Position numbers and translations under genes: made by a program. From NCBI RefSeq assembly GCF_009914755.1, contig NC_060925.1: a stretch of 64,000 nt of DNA; one strand, written 5' to 3'. A model generated the notes under the pieces. It ran no database searches, was not told the DNA's origin, and was given only the letters and a program-made list of their open reading frames with translations. Origin of the DNA: the human T2T-CHM13v2.0 reference genome, Homo sapiens. Positions 12,782 to 28,000 of the stretch are shown here, in pieces. Position 1 is the stretch's first letter, and the number at the start of each line of letters is the position of its first letter.

Positions 12782-15700
12782 ATGAAATTGAAATGGATGG
12801 ACTCATCATCGAATGGATTCGAATGGAATCATCGAATAAAATTGATTGAAATCATCATCGAATGGAATCGAATGGTATCATTGAATGGAATCGAATGGAA
12901 TCATCATCAGATGGAAATGAATGGAATCGTCATAGAATGGAATCGAATGGATTCATTGAATGGAATCAGATGGAATCATCGAATGGACTGGAATGGAATC
13001 ATTGAATGGACTCGAAAGGGATCATGATTGAATGGAATTGAATGGAATCATCGAATGGTCTCGATTGGAATCATTATCAAATGGAATCGAATGGAATCAC
13101 CGAATAGAATCGAATGGAACAATCATCGAATGGACTCAAATGGAATTATCCTCCAATGGAATGGAATGGAATTATCGAATGCAATCGAATGGAATTATCG
13201 AATGCAATCGAATAGAATCATCGAATGGACTCGAATGGAATCATCGAATGGAATGGAATGGAACAGTCAATGAACTCGAATGGAATCATCATTGAATGGA
13301 ATCGAATGGAATCATCGAGTGGAATCGAATGGAATTATGATCAAATGGAATCGAATGTAATCATCATCAAATGGAATCAAAAATAACCATCATCAATTGG
13401 TATTGAATGGAATTGTCATCAAATGGAATTCAAAGGAATCATCATCAAATGGAACCGAATGGAATCCTCACTGAATGGAAATGAAAGGGGTCATCATCTA
13501 ATGGAATCGCATGGAATCATCATCAAATGGAATCGAATGGAATCACCATCAAATGGAATCTAATGGAATCATTGAACAGAATTGAATGGAATCGTCATCG
13601 AATGAATTGAATGCAATCATCGAATGGTCTCGAATGGATTCATCTTCTAATGGAAAGGAATGGAATCATCGCATAGAATCGAATGGAATTATCATCGAAT
13701 GGAATCGAATGGTATCATTGAATGGAATCGAATGGAATCATCATCAGATGGAAATGAATGGAATCGTCATAGAATGGAATCGAATGGATTCATTGAATGG
13801 AATCAGATGGAATCATCGAATGGACTGGAATGGAATCATTGAATGGACTCGATAGGGATCATTATTGAATGGAATTGAATGGAATCATCGAATGGTCTCG
13901 ATTGGAATCATTATCAAATGGAATCGAATGGAATCACCGAATAGAATCAAATGGAACAATCATCGAATGGACTCAAATGGAATTATCCTCAAATGGAATC
14001 GAATGGAATTATCGAATGCAATCGAATGGAATTATCGAATGCAATCGAATAGAATCATCGAATGGACTCGAATGGAATCATCGAATGGAATGGAATGGAA
14101 CAGTCAATGAACTCGAATGGAATCATCATTGAATGGAATCGAATGGAATCATCGAGTGGAATCGAATGGAATTATGATCAAATGGAATCGAATGTAATCC
14201 TCATCAAATGGAATAAAAAATAACCATCATCAATTGGTATTGAATGGAATTGTCATCAAATGGAATTCAAAGGAATCATCATCAAATGGAACCGAATGGA
14301 ATCCTCATTGAATGGAAATGAAAGGGGTCATCATCTAATGGAATCGCATGGAATCATCATCAAATGGAATCGAATGGAATCAACATCAAATGGAATCAAA
14401 TGGAATCATTGAACGGAATTGAATGGAATCGTCATCGAATGAATTGGATGCAATCATCGAATGGTCTCGAATGGAATCTTCTTGAAATGGAATGGAATGG
14501 AATCATCGCATAGAATCGAATGGAATTATCATCGAATGGAATCGAATGGAATCAACATCAAACGGAAAAAAACGGAATTATCGAATGGAATCGAAGAGAA
14601 TCATCGAATGGACCCGAATGGAATCATCTAATGGAATGGAATGGAATAATCCATGGACTCGAATGCAATCATCATCGAATGGAATCGAATGGAATCATCG
14701 AATGGACTCGAATGGAATAATCATTGAACGGAATCGAATGGAATCATCATCGGATGGAAACGAATGGAATCATCATCGAATGGAAATGAAAGGAGTCATC
14801 ATCTAATGGAATTGCATGGAATCATCATAAAATGGAATCGAATGGAATCAACATCAAATGGAATCAAATGGAATCATTGAACGGAATTGAATGGAATCGT
14901 CATCGAATGAATTGACTGCAATCATCGAATGGTCTCGAATGTAATCACATTCTAATGGAAAGGAATGGAATCATCGCATAGAATCGAATGGAATTAACAT
15001 TGAATGGACTCGAATGGAATCAACATCAAACGGAATCAAGCGGAATTATCGAATGGAATCGAAGAGAATCATCGAATGGTCTCGAATGGAATCATCTTCT
15101 AATGGAAAGGAATGGAATCATCGCATAGAATCGAATGGAATTAACATTGAATGGACTCGAATGGAATCAACATCAAATGGAATCAAGCGGAATTATCGAA
15201 TGAAATCGAAGAGAATCATCGAATGGACTCGAATGGAATCATCTAATGGAATGGAATAGAATAATCCACGGACTCGAATGCAATCATCATCGTATAGAAT
15301 CGAATGGAATCATCGAATGGACACGAATGGAATAATCATTGAACGGAAGCGAATGGAATCATCATCGGATGGAAACGAATGGAATCATCATCGAATGGAA
15401 ATGAAAGGAGTCATCATCTAATGGAATTGCATGGAATCATCATAAAATGGAATCGAATGGAATCAAAATCAAATGGAATCAAATGGAATCATTGAACGGA
15501 ATTGAATGGAATCGTCATCGAATGAATTGACTGCAATCATCGAATGGTCTCGAATGGAATCATCTTCAAATGGAATGGAATGGAATCATCGCATAGAATC
15601 GAATGGAATTATCATCGAATGGAATCGAATGGAATCAACATCAAACGGAAAAAAACGGAATTATCGAATGGAATCGAAGAGAATCATCGAATGGACCCGA

Positions 15701-16009
15701 ATGGAATCATCTAATGGAATGGAATGGAATAATCCATGGACTCGAATGCAATCATCATCGAATGGAATCGAATGGAATCATCGAATGGACTCGAATGGAA
15801 TAATCATTGAACGGAATCGAATGGAATCATCATCGGATGGAAATGAATGGAATCATCATCGAATGGAATCGAATAGAATTATGGAATGAAATCCAGTGTG
15901 ATCATCATCGAATGGACCCGAATGGAATAATCATCCAACGGAAGCTAATGGAATCAACATCGAATGAATCGAATGGAAACACCATCGAATTGAAACGAAT
16001 GGAATTATC
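12782..16009 (+). repeat. 3,228-bp rearranged interval: 837-bp truncated unit plus 2,391-bp three-module unit with diverged island
   Basis: GGTATCATTG (unit head) recurs at 12874 and 13711 (+837). Module landmarks lie at 14423, 14891 (+468) and 15506 (+615 = 468+147). Confidence 0.88.
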
Positions 16010-19000
16010 ATGAAATTGAAATGGATGGACTCATCATCGAATGGATTCGAATGGAATCATCGAATAAAATTGATTGAAATCATCATCCAATGCAATCGAA
16101 TGGTATCATTGAATGGAATCGAATGGAATCATCATCAGATGGAAATGAATGGAATCGTCATAGAATGGAATCGAATGGATTCATTGAATGGAATCAGATG
16201 AAATCATCGAATGGACTGGAATGGAATCATTGAATGGACTCGAAAGGGATCATTATTGAATGGAATTGAATGGAATCATCGAATGGTCTCGATTGGAATC
16301 ATTATCAAATGGAATCGAATGGAATCACCGAATAGAATCGAATGGAACAATCATCGAATGGACTCAAATGGAATTATCCTCCAATGGAATGGAATGGAAT
16401 TATCGAATGCAATCGAATGGAATTATCGAATGCAATCGAATAGAATCATCGAATGGACTCGAATGGAATCATCGAATGGAATGGAATGGAACAGTCAATG
16501 AACTCGAATGGAATCATCATTGAATGGAATCGAATGGAATCATCGAGTGGAATCGAATGGAATTATGATCAAATGGAATCGAATGTAATCATCATCAAAT
16601 GGAATCAAAAATAACCATCATCAATTGGTATTGAATGGAATTGTCATCAAATGGAATTCAAAGGAATCATCATCAAATGGAACCGAATGGAATCCTCATT
16701 GAATGGAAATGAAAGGGGTCATCATCTAATGGAATCGCATGGAATCATCATCAAATGGAATCGAATGGAATCACCATCAAATGGAATCTAATGGAATCAT
16801 TGAACAGAATTGAATGGAATCGTCATCGAATGAATTGAATGCAATCATCGAATGGTCTCGAATGGATTCATCTTCTAATGGAAAGGAATGGAATCATCGC
16901 ATAGAATCGAATGGAATTATCATCGAATGGAATCGAATGGTATCAACACCAAACGGAAAAAAACGGAATTATCGAATGGAATCGAAGAGAATCTTCGAAC
17001 GGACCCGAATGGAATCATCTAATGGAATGGAATGGAATAATCCATGGACTCGAATGCAATCATCATCGAATGGAATCGAATGGAATCATCGAATGGACTC
17101 GAATGGAATAATCATTGAACGGAATCGATTGGAATCATCATCGGATGGAAACGAATGGAATCATCATCGAATGGAAATGAAAGGAGTCATCATCTAATGG
17201 AATTGCATGGAATCATCATAAAATGGAATCGAATGGAATCAACATCAAATGGAATCAAATGGAATCATTGAACGGAATTGAATGGAATCGTCATCGAATG
17301 AATTGACTGCAATCATCCAATGGTCTCGAATGGAATCATCTTCAAATGGAATGGAATGGAATCATCGCATAGAATCGAATGGAATTATCATCGAATGGAA
17401 TCGAATGGAATCAACATCCAACGGAAAAAAACGGAATTATCGAATGGAATCGAAGAGAATCATCGAATGGACCCGAATGGAATCATGTAATGGAATGGAA
17501 TGGAATAATCCATGGACTCGAATGCAATCATCATCGAATGGAATCGAATGGAATCATCGAATGGACTCGAATGGAATAATCATTGAACGGAATCGAATGG
17601 AATCATCATCGGATGGAAATGAATGGAATCATCATCGAATGGAATCGAATAGAATTATGGAATGAAATCCAGTGTGATCATCATCGAATGGACCCGAATG
17701 GAATCATCATCCAACGGAAGCTAATGGAATCAACATCGAATGAATCAAATGGAAACACCATCGAATTGAAACGAATGGAATTATCATGAAATTGAAATGG
17801 ATGGACTCATCATCGAATGGATTCGAATGGAATCATCGAATAAAATTGATTGAAATCATCATCGAATGGAATCGAATGGTATCATTGAATGGAATCGAAT
17901 GGAATCATCATCAGATGGAAATGAATGGAATCGTCATAGAATGGAATCGAATGGATTCATTGAATGGAATCAGATGGAATCATCGAATGGACTGGAATGG
18001 AATCATTGAATGGACTCGAAAGGGATCATTATTGAATGGAATTGAATGGAATCATCGAATGGTCTCGATTGGAATCATTATCAAATGGAATCGAATGGAA
18101 TCACCGAATAGAATCGAATGGAACAATCATCGAATGGACTCAAATGGAATTATCCTCAAATGGAATCGAATGGAATTATCGAATGCAATCGAATGGAATT
18201 ATCGAATGCAATCGAATAGAATCATCGAATGGACTCGAATGGAATCATCGAATGGAATGGAATGGAACAGTCAATGAACTCGAATGGAATCATCATTGAA
18301 TGGAATCGAATGGAATCATCGAGTGGAATCGAATGGAATTATGATCAAATGGAATCGAATGTAATCATCATCAAATGGAATCAAAAATAACCATCATCAA
18401 TTGGTATTGAATGGAATTGTCATCAAATGGAATTCAAAGGAATCATCATCAAATGGAACCGAATGGAATCCTCATTGAATGGAAATGAAAGGGGTCATCA
18501 TCTAATGGAATCGCATGGAATCATCATAAAATGGAATCGAATGAAATCAACATCAAATGGAATCAAATGGAATCATTGAACGGAATTGAATGGAATCGTC
18601 ATCGAATGAATTGGATGCAATCATCGAATGGTCTCGAATGGAATCTTCTTCAAATGGAATGGAATGGAATCATCGCATAGAATCGAATGGAATTATCATC
18701 GAATGGAATCGAATGGAATCAACATCAAACGGAAAAAAACGGAATTATCGAATGGAATCGAAGAGAATCATCGAATGGACCCGAATGGAATCATCTAATG
18801 GAATGGAATGGAATAATCCATGGACTCGAATGCAATCATCATCGAATGGAATCGAATGGAATCATCGAATGGACTCGAATGGAATAATCATTGAACGGAA
18901 TCGATTGGAATCATCATCGGATGGAAACGAATGGAATCATCATCGAATGGAAATGAAAGGAGTCATCATCTAATGGAATTGCATGGAATCATCATAAAAT

Positions 19001-22000
19001 GGAATCGAATGGAATCAACATCAAATGGAATCAAATGGAATCATTGAACGGAATTGAATGGAATCGTCATCGAATGAATTGACTGCAATCATCGAATGGT
19101 CTCGAATGGAATCATCTTCAAATGGAATGGAATGGAATCATCGCATAGAATCGAATGGAATTATCATCGAATGGAATCGAATGGAATCAACATCCAACGG
19201 AAAAAAACGGAATTATCGAATGGAATCGAAGAGAATCATCGAATGGACCCGAATGGAATCATCTAATGGAATGGAATGGAATAATCCATGGACTCGAATG
19301 CAATCATCATCGAATGGAATCGAATGGAATCATCGAATGGACTCGAATGGAATAATCATTGAACGGAATAGAATGGAATCATCATCGGATGGAAATGAAT
19401 GGAATCATCATCGAATGGAATCGAATACAATTATGGAATGAAATCCAGTGTGATCATCATCGAATGGACCCGAATGGAATCATCATCCAACGGAAGCTAA
19501 TGGAATCAACATCGAATGAATCAAATGGAAACACCATCGAATTGAAACGAATGGAATTATCATGAAATTGAAATGGATGGACTCATCATCGAATGGATTC
19601 GAAAGGAATCATCGAATAAAATTGATTGAAATCATCATCGAATGGAATCGAATGGTATCATTGAATGGAATCGAATGGAATCATCATCAGATGGAAATGA
19701 ATGGAATCGTCATAGAATGGAATCGAATGGATTCATTGAATGGAATCAGATGGAATCATCGAATGGACTGGAATGGAATCATTGAATGGACTCGAAAGGG
19801 ATCATGATTGAATGGAATTGAATGGAATCATCGAATGGTCTCGATTGGAATCATTATCAAATGGAATCGAATGGAATCACCGAATAGAATCGAATGGAAC
19901 AATCATCGAATGGACTCAAATGGAATTATCCTCAAATGGAATCGAATGGAATTATCGAATGCAATCGAATGGAATTATCGAATGCAATCGAATAGAATGA
20001 TCGAATGGACTCGAATGGAATCATTGAATGGAATGGAATGGAACAGTCAATGAACTCGAATGGAATCATCATTGAATGGAATCGAATGGAATCATCGAGT
20101 GGAATCGAAAGGAATTATGATCAAATGGAATCGAATGTAATCATCATCAAATGGAATCAAAAATAACCATCATCAATTGCTATTGAATGGAATTGTCATC
20201 AAATGGAATTCAAAGGAATCATCATCAAATGGAACCGAATGGAATCCTCATTGAATGGAAATGAAAGGGGTCATCATCTAATGGAATCGCATGGAATCAT
20301 CATCAAATGGAATCGAATGGAATCATCATCAAATGGAATCTAATGGAATCATTGAACAGAATTGAATGGAATCGTCATCGAATGAATTGAATGCAATCAT
20401 CGAATGGTCTCGAATGGAATCATCTTCTAATGGAAAGGAATGGAATCATCGCATAGAATCGAATGGAATTATCATCGAATGGAATCGAATGGTATCAACA
20501 CCAAACGGAAAAAAACGGAATTATCGAATGGAATCGAAGAGAATCTTCGAACGGACCCGAATGGAATCATCTAATGGAATGGAATGGAATAATCCATGGA
20601 CTCGAATGCAATCATCAACGAATGGAAACGAAGGGAATCATCGAATGGACTCGAATGGAATAATCATTGAACGGAATCGAATGGAATCATCATCGGATGG
20701 AAACGAATGGAATCATCATCGAATGGAAATGAAAGGAGTCATCATCTAATGGAATTGCATGGAATCATCATAAAATGGAATCGAATGGAATCAACATCAA
20801 ATGGAATCAAATGGAATCATTGAACGGAATTGAATGGAATCGTCATCGAATGAATTGACTGCAATCATCGAATGGTCTCGAATGGAATCATCTTCAAATG
20901 GAATGGAATGGAATCATCGCATAGAATCGAATGGAATTATCATCGAATGGAATCGAATGGAATCAACATCCAACGGAAAAAAACGGAATTATCGAATGGA
21001 ATCGAAGAGAATCATCGAATGGACCCGAATGGAATCATCTAATGGAATGGAATGGAATAATCCATGGACTCGAATGCAATCATCATCGAATGGAATCGAA
21101 TGGAATCATCGAATGGACTCGAATGGAATAATCATTGAACGGAATCGAATGGAATCATCATCGGATGGAAATGAATGGAATCATCATCGAATGGAATCGA
21201 ATAGAATTATGGAATGAAATCCAGTGTGATCATCATCGAATGGACCCGAATGGAATCATCATCCAACGGAAGCTAATGGAATCAACATCGAATGAATCGA
21301 ATGGAAACACCATCGAATTGAAACGAATGGAATTATCATGAAATTGAAATGGATGGACTCATCATCGAATGGATTCGAATGGAATCATCGAATAAAATTG
21401 ATTGAAATCATCATCCAATGGAATCGAATGGTATCATTGAATGGAATCGAATGGAATCATCATCAGATGGAAATGAATGGAATCGTCATAGAATGGAATC
21501 GAATGGATTCATTGAATGGAATCAGATGGAATCATCGAATGGACTGGAATGGAATCATTGAATGGACTCGAAAGGGATCATGATTGAATGGAATTGAATG
21601 GAATCATCGAATGGTCTCGATTGGAATCATTATCAAATGGAATCGAATGGAATCACCGAATAGAATCGAATGGAAAAATCATCGAATGGACTCAAATGGA
21701 ATTATCCTCAAATGGAATCGAATGGAATTATCGAATGCAATCGAATGGAATTATCGAATGCAATCGAATAGAATCATCGAATGGACTCGAATGGAATCAT
21801 CGAATGGAATGGAATGGAACAGTCAATGAACACGAATGGAATCATCATTGAATGGAATCGAATGGAATCATCGAGTGGAATCGAATGGAATTATGATTAA
21901 ATGGAATCGAATGTAATCATCATCAAATGGAATCAAAAATAACCATCATCAATTGCTATTGAATGGAATTGTCATCAAATGGAATTCAAAGGAATCATCA

Positions 22001-25000
22001 TCAAATGGAACCGAATGGAATCCTCATTGAATGGAAATGAAAGGGGTCATCATCTAATGGAATCGCATGGAATCATCATCAAATGGAATCGAATGGAATC
22101 ATCATCAAATGGAATCTAATGGAATCATTGAACAGAATTGAATGGAATCGTCATCGAATGAATTGAATGCAATCATCGAATGGTCTCGAATGGAATCATC
22201 TTCTAATGGAAAGGAATGGAATCATCGCATAGAATCGAATGGAATTATCATCGAATGGAATCGAATGGTATCAACACCAAACGGAAAAAAACGGAATTAT
22301 CGAATGGAATCGAAGAGAATCTTCGAACGGACCCGAATGGAATCATCTAATGGAATGGAATGGAATAATCCATGGAGTCGAATGCAATCATCATCGAATG
22401 GAATCGAATGGAATCATCGAATGGACTCGAATGGAATAATCATTGAACGGAATCGAATGGAATCATCATCGGATGGAAACGAATGGAATCATCGAATGAA
22501 CTCGAATGGAATCATCATTGAATGGAATCGAATGGAATCATCGAGTGGAATCGAATGGAATTATGATCAAATGGAATCGAATCTAATCATCATCAAATGG
22601 AATCAAAAATAACCATCATCAATTGGTATTGAATGGAATTGTCATCAAATGGAATTCAAAGGAATCATCATCAAATGGAACCGAATGGAATCCTCATTGA
22701 ATGGAAATGAAAGGGGTCATCATCTAATGGAATCGCATGGAATCATCATCAAATGGAATCGAATGGAATCATCATCAAATGGAATCTAATGGAATCATTG
22801 AACAGAATTGAATGGAATCGTCATCGAAAGAATTGAATGCAATCATCGAATGGTCTCGAATAGAATCATCTTCTAATGGAAAGGAATGGAATCATCGCAT
22901 AGAATCGAATGGAACTATCATCGAATGGAATCGAATGGTATCAACACCAAACGGAAAAAAACGGAATTATCGAATGGAATCGAAGAGAATCTTCGAACGG
23001 ACCCGAATGGAATCATCTAATGGAATGGAATGGAATGGAATAATCCATGGACACGAATGCAATCATCATCGAATGGAATCAAATGGAATCATCGAATGGA
23101 CTCGAATGGAATAATCATTGAACGGAATCGAATGGAATCATCATCGGATGGAAATGAATGGAATCATCATCGAATGGAATCGAATAGAATTATGGAATGA
23201 AATCCAGTGTGATCATCATCGAATGGACCCGAATGGAATCATCATCCAACGGAAGCTAATGGAATCAACATCGAATGAATCGAATGGAAACACCATCGAA
23301 TTGAAACGAATGGAATTATCATGAAATTGAAATGGATGGACTCATCATCGGATGGATTCGAATGGAATCATCGAATAAAATTGATTGAAATCATCATCCA
23401 ATGGAATCGAATGGTATCATTGAATGGAATCGAATGGAATCATCATCAGATGGAAATGAATGGAATCGTCATAGAATGGAATCGAATGGATTCATTGAAT
23501 GGAATCAGATGGAATCATCGAATGGACTGGAATGGAATCATTGAATGGACTCGAAAGGGATCATGATTGAATGGAATTGAATGGAATCATCGAATGGTCT
23601 CGATTGGAATCATTATCAAATGGAATCGAATGGAATCACCGAATAGAATCGAATGGAACAATCATCGAATGGACTCAAATGGAATTATCCTCAAATGGAA
23701 TCGAATGGAATTATCGAATGCAATCGAATGGAATTATCGAATGCAATCGAATAGAATCATCGAATGGACTCGAATGGAATCATCGAATGGAATGGAATGG
23801 AACAGTCAATGAACTCGAATGGAATCATCATTGAATGGAATCGAATGGAATCATCGAGTGGAATCGAATGGAATTATGATCAAATGCAATCGAATGTAAT
23901 CCTCATCAAATGGAATCAAAAATAGCCATCATCAATTGGTATTGAATGGAATTGTCATCAAATGGAATTCAAAGGAATCATCATCAAATGGAACCGAATG
24001 GAATCCTCATTGAATGGAAATGAAAGGGGTCATCATCTAATGGAATCGCATGGAATCATCATCAAATGGAATCGAATGGAATCATCATCAAATGGAATCT
24101 AATGGAATCATTGAACAGAATTGAATGGAATCGTCATCGAATGAATTGAATGCAATCATCGAATGGTCTCGAATGGAATCATCCTCTAATGGAAAGGAAT
24201 GGAATCATCGCATAGAATCGAATGGAATTATCATCGAATGGAATCGAATGGTATCAACACCAAACGGAAAAAAACGGAATTATCGAATGGAATCGAAGAG
24301 AACCTTCGAACGGACCCGAATGGAATCATCTAATGGAATGGAATGGAATAATCCATGGACTCGAATGCAATCATCATCGAATGGAATCGAATGAAATCAT
24401 CGAATGGACTCGAATGGAATAATCATTGAACGGAATCGAATGGAATCATCATCGGATGGAAACGAATGGAATCATCATCGAATGGAAATGAAAGGTGTCA
24501 TCATCTAATGGAATTGCATGGAATCATCATAAAATGGAATCGAATGGAATCAACATCAAATGGAATCAAATGGAATCATTGAACGGAATTGAATGGAATC
24601 GTCATCGAATGAATTGACTACAATCACCGAATGGTCTCGAATGGAATCATCTTCAAATGGAATGGAATGGAATCATCGCATAGAATCGAATGGAATTATC
24701 ATCGAATGGAATCGAATGGAATCAACATCAAACGGAAAAAAAAAGAATTATCGTATGGAATCGAAGAGAATCATCGAATGGACCCGAATGGAATCATCTA
24801 ATGGAATGGAATGGAATAATCCATGGACTCGAATGCAATCATCATCGAATGGAATCGAATGGAATCATCGAATGGACTCGAATGGAATAATCATTGAACG
24901 GAATCGAATGGAATCATCATCGGATGGAAATGAATGGAATCATCATCGAATGGAATCGAATAGAATTATGGAATGAAATCCAGTGTGATCATCATCGAAT

Positions 25001-25096
25001 GGACCCGAATGGAATCATCATCCAACGGAAGCTAATGGAATCAACATCGAATGAATCGAATGGAAACACCATCGAATTGAAACGAATGGAATTATC
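16010..25096 (+). repeat. 9,087-bp five-unit higher-order repeat, copy 2
   Basis: The same ordered variants and the same 1983-bp unit occur at offset +15,867. Both copies also share CCAATGCAATC and CAGATGAAATC in unit A. Confidence 0.9.
21338..23320 (+). repeat. 1,983-bp variant unit (D), second copy
   Basis: The junction (~22480-22504) and the extra pentamer (~23025-23040) are identical to the first copy. Confidence 0.9.
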
Positions 25097-28000
25097 ATGA
25101 AATTGAAATGGATGGACTCATCATCGAATGGATTCGAATGGAATCATCGAATAAAATTGATTGAAATCATCATCGAATGGAATCGAATGGTATCATTGAA
25201 TGGAATCGAATGGAATCATCATCAGATGGAAATGAATGGAATCGTCATAGAATGGAATCGAATGGATTCATTGAATGGAATCAGATGGAATCATCGAATG
25301 GACTGGAATGGAATCATTGAATGGACTCGAAAGGGATCATTATTGAATGGAATTGAATGGAATCATCGAATGGTCTCGATTGGAATCATTATCAAATGGA
25401 ATCGAATGGAATCACCGAATAGAATCGAATGGAACAATCATCGAATGGACTCAAATGGAATTATCCTCCAATGGAATGGAATGGAATTATCGAATGCAAT
25501 CGAATGGAATTATCGAATGCAATCGAATAGAATCATCGAATGGACTCGAATGGAATCATCGAATGGAATGGAATGGAACAGTCAATGAACTCGAATGGAA
25601 TCATCATTGAATGGAATCGAATGGAATCATCGAGTGGAATCGAATGGAATTATGATCAAATGGAATCGAATGTAATCATCATCAAATGGAATCAAAAATA
25701 ACCATCATCAATTGGTATTGAATGGAATTGTCATCAAATGGAATTCAAAGGAATCATCATCAAATGGAACCGAATGGAATCCTCATTGAATGGAAATGAA
25801 AGGGGTCATCATCTAATGGAATCGCATGGAATCATCATCAAATGGAATCGAATGGAATCACCATCAAATGGAATCTAATGGAATCATTGAACAGAATTGA
25901 ATGGAATCGTCATCGAATGAATTGAATGCAATCATCGAATGGTCTCGAATGGATTCATCTTCTAATGGAAAGGAATGGAATCATCGCATAGAATCGAATG
26001 GAATTATCATCGAATGGAATCGAATGGTATCAACACCAAACGGAAAAAAACGGAATTATCGAATGGAATCGAAGAGAATCTTCGAACGGACCCGAATGGA
26101 ATCATCTAATGGAATGGAATGGAATAATCCATGGACTCGAATGCAATCATCATCGAATGGAATCGAATGGAATCATCGAATGGACTCGAATGGAATAATC
26201 ATTGAACGGAATCGATTGGAATCATCATCGGATGGAAACGAATGGAATCATCATCGAATGGAAATGAAAGGAGTCATCATCTAATGGAATTGCATGGAAT
26301 CATCATAAAATGGAATCGAATGGAATCAACATCAAATGGAATCAAATGGAATCATTGAACGGAATTGAATGGAATCGTCATCGAATGAATTGACTGCAAT
26401 CATCCAATGGTCTCGAATGGAATCATCTTCAAATGGAATGGAATGGAATCATCGCATAGAATCGAATGGAATTATCATCGAATGGAATCGAATGGAATCA
26501 ACATCCAACGGAAAAAAACGGAATTATCGAATGGAATCGAAGAGAATCATCGAATGGACCCGAATGGAATCATGTAATGGAATGGAATGGAATAATCCAT
26601 GGACTCGAATGCAATCATCATCGAATGGAATCGAATGGAATCATCGAATGGACTCGAATGGAATAATCATTGAACGGAATCGAATGGAATCATCATCGGA
26701 TGGAAATGAATGGAATCATCATCGAATGGAATCGAATAGAATTATGGAATGAAATCCAGTGTGATCATCATCGAATGGACCCGAATGGAATCATCATCCA
26801 ACGGAAGCTAATGGAATCAACATCGAATGAATCAAATGGAAACACCATCGAATTGAAACGAATGGAATTATCATGAAATTGAAATGGATGGACTCATCAT
26901 CGAATGGATTCGAATGGAATCATCGAATAAAATTGATTGAAATCATCATCGAATGGAATCGAATGGTATCATTGAATGGAATCGAATGGAATCATCATCA
27001 GATGGAAATGAATGGAATCGTCATAGAATGGAATCGAATGGATTCATTGAATGGAATCAGATGGAATCATCGAATGGACTGGAATGGAATCATTGAATGG
27101 ACTCGAAAGGGATCATTATTGAATGGAATTGAATGGAATCATCGAATGGTCTCGATTGGAATCATTATCAAATGGAATCGAATGGAATCACCGAATAGAA
27201 TCGAATGGAACAATCATCGAATGGACTCAAATGGAATTATCCTCAAATGGAATCGAATGGAATTATCGAATGCAATCGAATGGAATTATCGAATGCAATC
27301 GAATAGAATCATCGAATGGACTCGAATGGAATCATCGAATGGAATGGAATGGAACAGTCAATGAACTCGAATGGAATCATCATTGAATGGAATCGAATGG
27401 AATCATCGAGTGGAATCGAATGGAATTATGATCAAATGGAATCGAATGTAATCATCATCAAATGGAATCAAAAATAACCATCATCAATTGGTATTGAATG
27501 GAATTGTCATCAAATGGAATTCAAAGGAATCATCATCAAATGGAACCGAATGGAATCCTCATTGAATGGAAATGAAAGGGGTCATCATCTAATGGAATCG
27601 CATGGAATCATCATAAAATGGAATCGAATGAAATCAACATCAAATGGAATCAAATGGAATCATTGAACGGAATTGAATGGAATCGTCATCGAATGAATTG
27701 GATGCAATCATCGAATGGTCTCGAATGGAATCTTCTTCAAATGGAATGGAATGGAATCATCGCATAGAATCGAATGGAATTATCATCGAATGGAATCGAA
27801 TGGAATCAACATCAAACGGAAAAAAACGGAATTATCGAATGGAATCGAAGAGAATCATCGAATGGACCCGAATGGAATCATCTAATGGAATGGAATGGAA
27901 TAATCCATGGACTCGAATGCAATCATCATCGAATGGAATCGAATGGAATCATCGAATGGACTCGAATGGAATAATCATTGAACGGAATCGATTGGAATCA

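Noticed and set aside
14940-15352. Transposon or foreign insertion at the diverged island
   Set aside because: The sequence is still colinear HSat2 module sequence, with no poly-A tail, terminal repeats or target-site duplication.
9230-16009. Independent 6,780-bp periodicity
   Set aside because: It equals 15,867-9,087 and reflects only the A-type unit shared by those repeats.
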